Of a stretch of 64,000 nucleotides of DNA, positions 57,996 to 64,000 are shown in pieces. How positions within the stretch are numbered: the stretch's first letter is position 1; the number at the start of each line of letters is the position of its first letter. The notes beneath the pieces are model-generated. The model was not told the DNA's origin and did not search any database. It saw nothing but the letters and a program-made list of their open reading frames with translations. The stretch lies in assembly GCA_963849325.1 (NCBI GenBank), contig CAWKHF010000012.1, positions 1,088,001-1,152,000 on the forward strand. The letters run 5' to 3'. This DNA is from an uncultured Planctomycetota bacterium (lineage in GTDB: Bacteria > Planctomycetota > Planctomycetia > Gemmatales > Gemmataceae). A program made the translations under genes and the position numbers.

Positions 57996-59823
57996 ATGTT
58001 CAAAGGGAAACTCCTGGCCGGAGCTGCGGCGACGGTCCTGATCGTTGTTGTGGCCGTGGCTGCCGTCGTATGGCTTCGCGCGGACAAGGGGACAACGTTC
58101 GCCGCCAGGCGAGAAGCCCTTCCGCGATGTCGCCGTGGAGTCCGGTATCACGTTCCGCATGCGCTTTCTGACCGAGGAGCAAGGCCAAACCTTCAAGGTC
58201 AATCTCTACGATCACGGCAGCGGGCTTGCGGTCGCCGACTATGACGGAGACGGCCACGATGACATTTATTTCGTGAATCAACTCGGAGCCAATGCGCTCT
58301 TCCGCAACCGGGGAGATGGGACCTTCCAGGATGTCACGTCCAAGGCAGGGGTCGGCTTCGGCGATCGCATCTGCACGGCGGCCACCTTCGCCGATTACGA
58401 CAACGACGGCCGACAAGACCTGTTCGTGACCAGCACCCGCGGCGGCAACGTCCTGTTCCACAACCAGGGCGATGGCACCTTCCGGGATGTCACCAAGGAA
58501 GCGGGCGTGGTCCACGTCGGACATTCCCAGGCCGGCTTCTTTTTTGACTATGACAACGATGGCTTCCTCGACCTCCTCGTCCTCCAGACGGCCTCCTGGA
58601 CGACCAAGGAGTTCGATGAGGAGTCCAAATACTTCCCGGGAAAAGAAACGCTCACGGACATTATGGGTAGCCCCAGAGAGTACAACATTCTCTACCACAA
58701 CAATAAAGACGGGACGTTCACCGATGTCACGACGAAATCCGGTCTGAAGGGGAAGGGTTGGGCGGCCGACGCCGCCATTTTCGATTACGACGAAGATGGC
58801 CATCTCGACGTGCTGATCACGAGCATGTTCGGTCCCTCACAGCTCTACCGCAACAACGGCGACGGCACTTTCACGGAAGTCACGCGGAAGACATTGGGCC
58901 GTACTCCCGCCGGGGGAATGGGGGCGCGGGCGTTCGACTTCGACAACGACGGCAAGCTGGACCTGTACATCGTGGACATGCACTCCGATATGTGGGTGCC
59001 TTTTGGGTTCGACCTTTCTCGCCTGGACGAAAAAAAGAAGCACCGGCACATGTTCGTCCCCGATAATCTGGAGGACAACCCCGAGGCCATGGCGGTGGAA
59101 AAACGAGTACAGACCCAGATCGGACTGCGCTACGACGAGGTTGTCTTCGGCAACACCTTCCACCGCAACCTCGGAAAAGGGAAATTTGAGGAGATGTCGG
59201 ATCGAGCCAACCTGGAGACGTTCTGGCCGTGGGGCATCGCCACGGGCGACTTCGACAACGACGGCCTGGAAGACGTCTTCATTCCTTCGGGGATGGGCTA
59301 TCCCTGGAAATACTGGCCCAACCGCTTGCTGATGAACAACGGCGACCGGACCTTCCGCGAATGTTCCCACGAGGAGGGGGTGGAGCCGCCCGCCGAGGGA
59401 ACGTTTCTCGCCGAGGACGTGCGCGGCCGACCGATGCCGCGCAGCTCGCGCAGTGCGGCCGTGGCCGATTTCGACGGTGATGGACGGCTGGAGATCGTGA
59501 CCAACAACTTCAACGACCGTCCTTACTACTTCAAGAACGGTTCGCCGCGAAAGAACTACGTGGCCTTCCGGCTGCGGGGGACGCGAAGCAACCGCGACGC
59601 CATCGGCGCCGTGGTACGGGTTTCCGTGGGAGATCAGATTCACACGCGCCAGGTGAATCCGGCGGCCGGCTACCTGTCCCAGTCCTCGAAGACCGTTCAT
59701 TTCGGGCTGGGCGGCCAGGAGAAAGTGGATCGGGTGGAGATCCGATGGCCCAGCGGTCTCGTCCAGAAGTTGGATGGCTGCGACATCAACCAGCGGCACG
59801 ACGTTGTCGAGCCAGCCCCGTAA
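57996..59823 (+). CDS. CRTAC1-family (FG-GAP + ASPIC/UnbV) protein; frameshift near 58085
   Basis: N-terminal TM, FRDVAVESGI, DYDGDGHDDI, DYDNDGRQDL, GYLSQSSKTVHFGLG, IRWPSG. Confidence 0.92.
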
Positions 59824-59847
59824 TGGCCTTGCCGCGACGCCGGGATG

Positions 59848-60531
59848 TCAGCACGTGCGCGAGCTTTGCAGTCGGCCCTTGTCCAGCTCGTGGACGTGGG
59901 TAGCCTGCTCCGTCAATCGGGGGTCGTGGGACGAAAGGATGACGGTCCTTCCCTCGGCATGCGCCTGCTGCAACACGGCCCGTAATTCGCGCGTCGCCTC
60001 GGCATCCAGGTTCGACGTCGGTTCGTCGGCCAGCAACACGTCGGGCGTCCCGGCCAGGGCGCGGGCGAGGGCGACGCGCTGCTGCTCGCCGCCGCTGAGA
60101 TGCCGTGCCGGCGTCGCCCGTTTCTCTTCGAGTCCGAAGCGGGCGAGTAGTTCGCGGGCCCGACGCTGACGCTCAGCGCGGGTCAGGCCGCGTGGGATCA
60201 GCGCGTAGGTGATGTTGGCCGCGGCGGACAGGTCGGGGAGGAGGGCGAAATCCTGAAAGACGAATCCCATTCGCCTCCGCAGCCGCGTCCGGTACATGCC
60301 GGAGCAGGCGTCGAGGTCGTCTCCCTCGAAGAGCAGATGTCCCCGCGTCGGCCTCTCCAGGGCGCCCAGAAGGGAAAGCAGAGTCGTCTTGCCCGCGCCG
60401 GAAGAGCCGATCAGGACGGTCAAGCTGCCTCGTTCGATGCCCAGGGAAACGCCGTCCAGGGCGCGGACTTCGCCGCCAGGACCGCCGTAATGTTTGCACA
60501 GGGATCGGGCCTCGTACAGCAGCATGGCCAT
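59848..60531 (-). CDS. ABC transporter ATP-binding protein, LolD/MacB-like
   Basis: GSSGAGKTT, GFVFQDF, LSGGEQQRVALARA, LADEPTSNLD, SSHD. Confidence 0.93.
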   Translation of the reverse strand: MAMLLYEARSLCKHYGGPGGEVRALDGVSLGIERGSLTVLIGSSGAGKTTLLSLLGALERPTRGHLLFEGDDLDACSGMYRTRLRRRMGFVFQDFALLPDLSAAANITYALIPRGLTRAERQRRARELLARFGLEEKRATPARHLSGGEQQRVALARALAGTPDVLLADEPTSNLDAEATRELRAVLQQAHAEGRTVILSSHDPRLTEQATHVHELDKGRLQSSRTC

Positions 60532-60537
60532 CCGGCC

Positions 60538-61731
60538 TCACCTCATGGCCTCGCGCGGCGGTGCCATTGCGGCGCGCCAGCAGGAGTAGAGAGTACCGCT
60601 CAGCACGATCACCAGGGAGAGCACGAAGGCAAGCAGGGCGGGCACGGGGCGAAGCCGGAACGGCACTGGGACGTCGGCGACGGCTTCCGTCCCGCCCGGG
60701 AAAAGGGCGGCAATCCCATAGCCGTTGCCGACCCGTAACCACAGCCAGGCCAGCAACAGCGACGTACACGCCGCAGCCAGGCTGAGCGCGATGCTTTCCG
60801 CCACGCCGCGCAGTAAAATCTCGTCGGTTTGCCAGCCGGTGGCCTTGAGGATGCCGATCTCGCGCCGTCGCTCCGGCAGACCCAACCCCGAAGTGACCAG
60901 CAGCACGAGGATGCCGACGACGAAGACGAGGACGAAGTGAAGACTGAAGACGCCTTCGCGGTGCAGCAGGCCGCGGGGCAGCAAGGCGAGCAATTCCGCG
61001 CGGGACGTTACGCGCGGCCGAATAACTTCCTTGCCCGGCCCCTCGTTCAGCCGAAGGCCGCGCTCGATGGTCCGGCTGATGAATCCCTGATTCTCCGGCC
61101 GACACCAGACCAGCAGGTCGGTCGCCGCTCCGTCCCGGTCGAACACATAGGCGGCCGAGTCGAAGGTGGTCAGGATCAGGTTCGCTTGCCAGAGCGGCCC
61201 ATCGGGCTTGAAGACGCCCACCACGCGCGAAAGCCGATCACCGCGGCGATTTTCGTAAAAGGGAAGCAGGAGGTCTCCGACCTGGAGCTTCAGCCGACGG
61301 GCCAGGCCCGTGCCGATGACCAGCTCATTGAGTCGGCCCGAGCGGGGCAGCTCGCCGTCGATGCCCTCGGACCAGTCGGGGAGGAACTCGGGCGGCAGAC
61401 CGACGAGTACGGCATGGACGCGGTCCTTGCCGAGGACCACCTCGCCGACGATCCGCGGCGCGACGGCGGTGACGCCGTCGATTTGCCGGATCGCGGACAC
61501 CATGGCCAGCGGGAGAGGGCTGGGCCGTCCGAACTGGCTGCCCGTGACGTAGAGATCGGCGCCGAAGCGCGCCGAACGCATCGCCTCGGCCCGCAGTCCC
61601 TCGGCCAGCCCCAGACCGACCAGGTAAGGCAAGAGCATGACCACGAGGGCCAGGAAGGATACCGCACTGCGTAACGGGTGAAGAAAGATGGACTCCAGAC
61701 CCGTGCCGAGGATATCAAGGAGGTGGCGCAT
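60538..61731 (-). CDS. ABC transporter permease, FtsX/LolC-E/MacB-like
   Basis: TM1, a periplasmic domain (ELVIGTGLARRLKLQVGD), ERRREIGILKATGW, three C-terminal TMs. Confidence 0.9.
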   Translation of the reverse strand: MRHLLDILGTGLESIFLHPLRSAVSFLALVVMLLPYLVGLGLAEGLRAEAMRSARFGADLYVTGSQFGRPSPLPLAMVSAIRQIDGVTAVAPRIVGEVVLGKDRVHAVLVGLPPEFLPDWSEGIDGELPRSGRLNELVIGTGLARRLKLQVGDLLLPFYENRRGDRLSRVVGVFKPDGPLWQANLILTTFDSAAYVFDRDGAATDLLVWCRPENQGFISRTIERGLRLNEGPGKEVIRPRVTSRAELLALLPRGLLHREGVFSLHFVLVFVVGILVLLVTSGLGLPERRREIGILKATGWQTDEILLRGVAESIALSLAAACTSLLLAWLWLRVGNGYGIAALFPGGTEAVADVPVPFRLRPVPALLAFVLSLVIVLSGTLYSCWRAAMAPPREAMR

Positions 61732-62065
61732 CACCGGCCTCCTCGCCGGCCGAGCGGCTGTCCGAGCGTCCATCCAGCGGCGGATAGGAGAGGAAGGAGC
61801 CGGTGTGCCAGGGGCAGAAGCAGGCGCCCCCGGGGACCAGACCGTGCCCGAGGGAGCAGCTGCCCTCCAGGCGGGGATCCAGTGCGAAGGCACAGCCGGA
61901 TAGGTCGGTCGCGGGACCGAACCCCAGCCCGCCGACGAGGCGCTGGAACGACTCGGCGCGTGCCTCCTGGCGTTGCTCGGCCCGTCCCTCCGCCACGAAG
62001 ACCGCGACGGCGGCAACGGTCAGGAGCAGCAGAAAGAGCAAAAGGCCGGCGGCGCGCGATTCCAT
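61715..62065 (-). CDS. Small Cys-rich exported or membrane-anchored hypothetical protein
   Basis: N-terminal hydrophobic helix; GCAFALDPRLEGSC...PGGACFCPWH; GGAG RBS. Confidence 0.65.
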   Translation of the reverse strand: MESRAAGLLLFLLLLTVAAVAVFVAEGRAEQRQEARAESFQRLVGGLGFGPATDLSGCAFALDPRLEGSCSLGHGLVPGGACFCPWHTGSFLSYPPLDGRSDSRSAGEEAGDAPPP

Positions 62066-62230
62066 CAGTCGTGGATCTCCAGGAGGTCTCCGCCCTTTTC
62101 GCGGTTAACTTACTCCGTTTCCCCTTTCCGGCCACGCCGAAGAGCTTTCCCCCGGACAGCGAGTCGGCACACCCGTTGTTTTGTCCCGATCGCTACTCCA
62201 GCGGAAGGTATACGAGGGAGGACTGAGGAA

Positions 62231-63274
62231 ATGATTGTTAACGCCTACGCCGTACTCGATGCCTTCGTCAGCTTTCTCCGCCTGGGTTTGGGCCTGGTAG
62301 TGCTGGGGCTGGCGTTGTCCGTATCCGGCTACGGCTTCCGTCGGGCGGTCCCCCGGCCGGCGCGAGAATCTCTGGAAAACCGCTACTACCTCCTCGTTCT
62401 CCTGGCCGGACTCTTGCTCGGGTTGAATGTACTGGCCTGGCCCTTGCTCTACTTGCTGCTGCAGAGTTATGTGCCCCAGTGGCCGGGCGTCATGTGCATC
62501 TACGGCGTCACGCGGATCGGCAGTCACAGCCTGGGCGTCAGCCGCTACCTGCCCCCCCTCCTGACGGCCCTCCAGGTGATGAAACCCACCCTCGTCTTCC
62601 TGAGTGGGGCCTGGTTCGTCCTGCACCTGGTCAACCGTCGCACCCGCACGGCGCCGCTGACCGGCCGAGTCCGGCTTGTCCTGCTGGCTTCCGCACTGTT
62701 GGCGACCGTTGATGCCGCCGCGGAAGTCGCGTATCTCGCCATCCCGAAAAAGGAAGAGTTTTTGTCGGCCGGCTGCTGCACGACGGCCGCCGGCGAAACG
62801 GAGGCGAGTCGATTCCTGCCCGGAACGCTGGTCGCCGACAAAAACGTCCCCTGGTTGTACGCCGTCTACTACGCGGCGAACCTCGGCCTGTCGGCGACCC
62901 TGGCGGGCTGTCTGCGCTCCGTCAGGCGAGAGGTCTCCCCAGTGCGGCTGGCACTCCTCGCCCTCGGCGTGGTGGGGACACTGGCCGTCAACATGGTCTT
63001 CTTGACGGACGCGGCCGCGCCGCGCCTCCTGCACATGCCGGATCACCACTGCCCTTACGACCTCATTCCTCAGGCGCCGGAAAGTCTTGCCGCGGTGACC
63101 TTGTTCCTCGGCGGCGGCTTCTGCGTGGGCTGGGCCGGTGTCGCCGGCTGGCTGGGCCGCGGCCCGGAATGCGAGTGGTTTCTGGCAGGAACGGTCTCGC
63201 GTCTCCTCCGAACTGGGTTAATCGCAATCCTTGCTTCCATGCTGCTGATGTCCGCCGAACTGGCCTTCGCGTGA
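62231..63274 (+). CDS. Polytopic membrane protein with Cys motifs (hypothetical)
   Basis: About 8 hydrophobic helices; PGVMCIYG, AGCCT, HHCPYD; GAGGA RBS before ATG 62231. Confidence 0.75.
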   Translation: MIVNAYAVLDAFVSFLRLGLGLVVLGLALSVSGYGFRRAVPRPARESLENRYYLLVLLAGLLLGLNVLAWPLLYLLLQSYVPQWPGVMCIYGVTRIGSHSLGVSRYLPPLLTALQVMKPTLVFLSGAWFVLHLVNRRTRTAPLTGRVRLVLLASALLATVDAAAEVAYLAIPKKEEFLSAGCCTTAAGETEASRFLPGTLVADKNVPWLYAVYYAANLGLSATLAGCLRSVRREVSPVRLALLALGVVGTLAVNMVFLTDAAAPRLLHMPDHHCPYDLIPQAPESLAAVTLFLGGGFCVGWAGVAGWLGRGPECEWFLAGTVSRLLRTGLIAILASMLLMSAELAFA

Positions 63275-63463
63275 AGAACCCTGTCTTCCCAAAAATGACT
63301 ACCCTTACGGAATCTGCTACCCCACGGAACAGAAAAAGCCGGGCGAGGTAGAAAACAGTCAAGACGGACACGGCTGAATGCCGATAGATTATTCGAAACG
63401 ATTCGCCCCGCTCTCTCTCCACCGCGAACGTCATCGCCGCATTGCGGTCAAGGAGGAGCCTGT

Positions 63464-64000
63464 ATGTCTCTCAATCGGCGAATGGCCGTGGCGCTCCTCT
63501 CCACCATCCTTCTCCATCTTCCGTCCGCACTACCTGCCGGCGAACCTGCGGCTGCGGGCATCGTCTTCGTGGTCGGCGGCGTGGGCGGACTCGACCCGAT
63601 CCAAGCGTGCGCTCCCTGGACGTTGCCGAAGGCGGGCGTGCCGCACCGCATCGAGGTTTTCCCCTGGACACACGGCAAATGCCGGTTGCTGCGCGATCTG
63701 CGCGACACGCCCTATCTGCTGGCGCAAGCGGAGCGCCTGGCCGAGGCGGTGCGCCAAGCGCAGGCCCGCGAACCGAGCCGGCCGATCTACCTCCTCGGCC
63801 ACAGCGCCGGCGCCGGCGTCATCCTGGCGGCGGCCGAGAAACTGCCGCCGGCCAGCCTGGAGCGCATCCTCCTCCTGTCGGCGGCCGTCTCGTCGACGTA
63901 CGACCTGCGCGGCGCCCTTCGCGCCACTCGCCGCGAAGTGGTATGCTTCAATTCAACGTATGATCGCTTGTGCCTGGATTGGGGTACCAGCGTCTTCGGC
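63464..64000 (+). CDS. Secreted alpha/beta hydrolase-like protein (runs off the window edge)
   Basis: Hand translation: signal peptide MSLNRRMAVALLSTILL, IYLLGHSAGAG nucleophile elbow, LLLSAAVS; AAGGAGG RBS. Confidence 0.8.
   Translation, partial: MSLNRRMAVALLSTILLHLPSALPAGEPAAAGIVFVVGGVGGLDPIQACAPWTLPKAGVPHRIEVFPWTHGKCRLLRDLRDTPYLLAQAERLAEAVRQAQAREPSRPIYLLGHSAGAGVILAAAEKLPPASLERILLLSAAVSSTYDLRGALRATRREVVCFNSTYDRLCLDWGTSVFG

Overview
High-GC bacterial chromosomal DNA, most likely from a Planctomycetota member of the Gemmataceae type. The assignment is inferred from the gene content: DUF1559 prepilin-like genes, DUF1800/DUF1501, membrane-anchored ECF sigma fusions, TIGR03067-type domains, ASPIC/UnbV proteins and sulfatases. 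About 50 CDS are present, including gltX, nfo, a clpB-hsp20-lon chaperone/protease operon, two HtrA proteases, two sulfatases and three ECF sigma factors. Many conserved genes carry small-indel frameshifts that look like long-read assembly errors, not real pseudogenes. One apparently complete IS4-family element (19-bp perfect terminal inverted repeats, 11-bp target-site duplication) splits an ECF sigma gene. At least seven families of REP-like palindromes lie between genes. I found no rRNA, tRNA or CRISPR array. The best candidates for undescribed systems are (i) a divergent cluster of two tandem DUF1559 pilin-like genes, a TMTC-like GT-C glycosyltransferase, a TPR protein and two ASPIC/UnbV FG-GAP proteins (50.0-59.8 kb), and (ii) an adjacent Cys-motif polytopic membrane protein facing a small Cys-rich protein plus a LolCDE/MacB-like ABC transporter (59.8-63.3 kb). 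Also notable: sigma-54 promoters before clpB and a DUF2892 gene, a GGA-rich candidate CsrA-binding leader, and a kinase-less WD40-TPR receptor-like protein. All family calls come from motif recognition by eye, not database searches.
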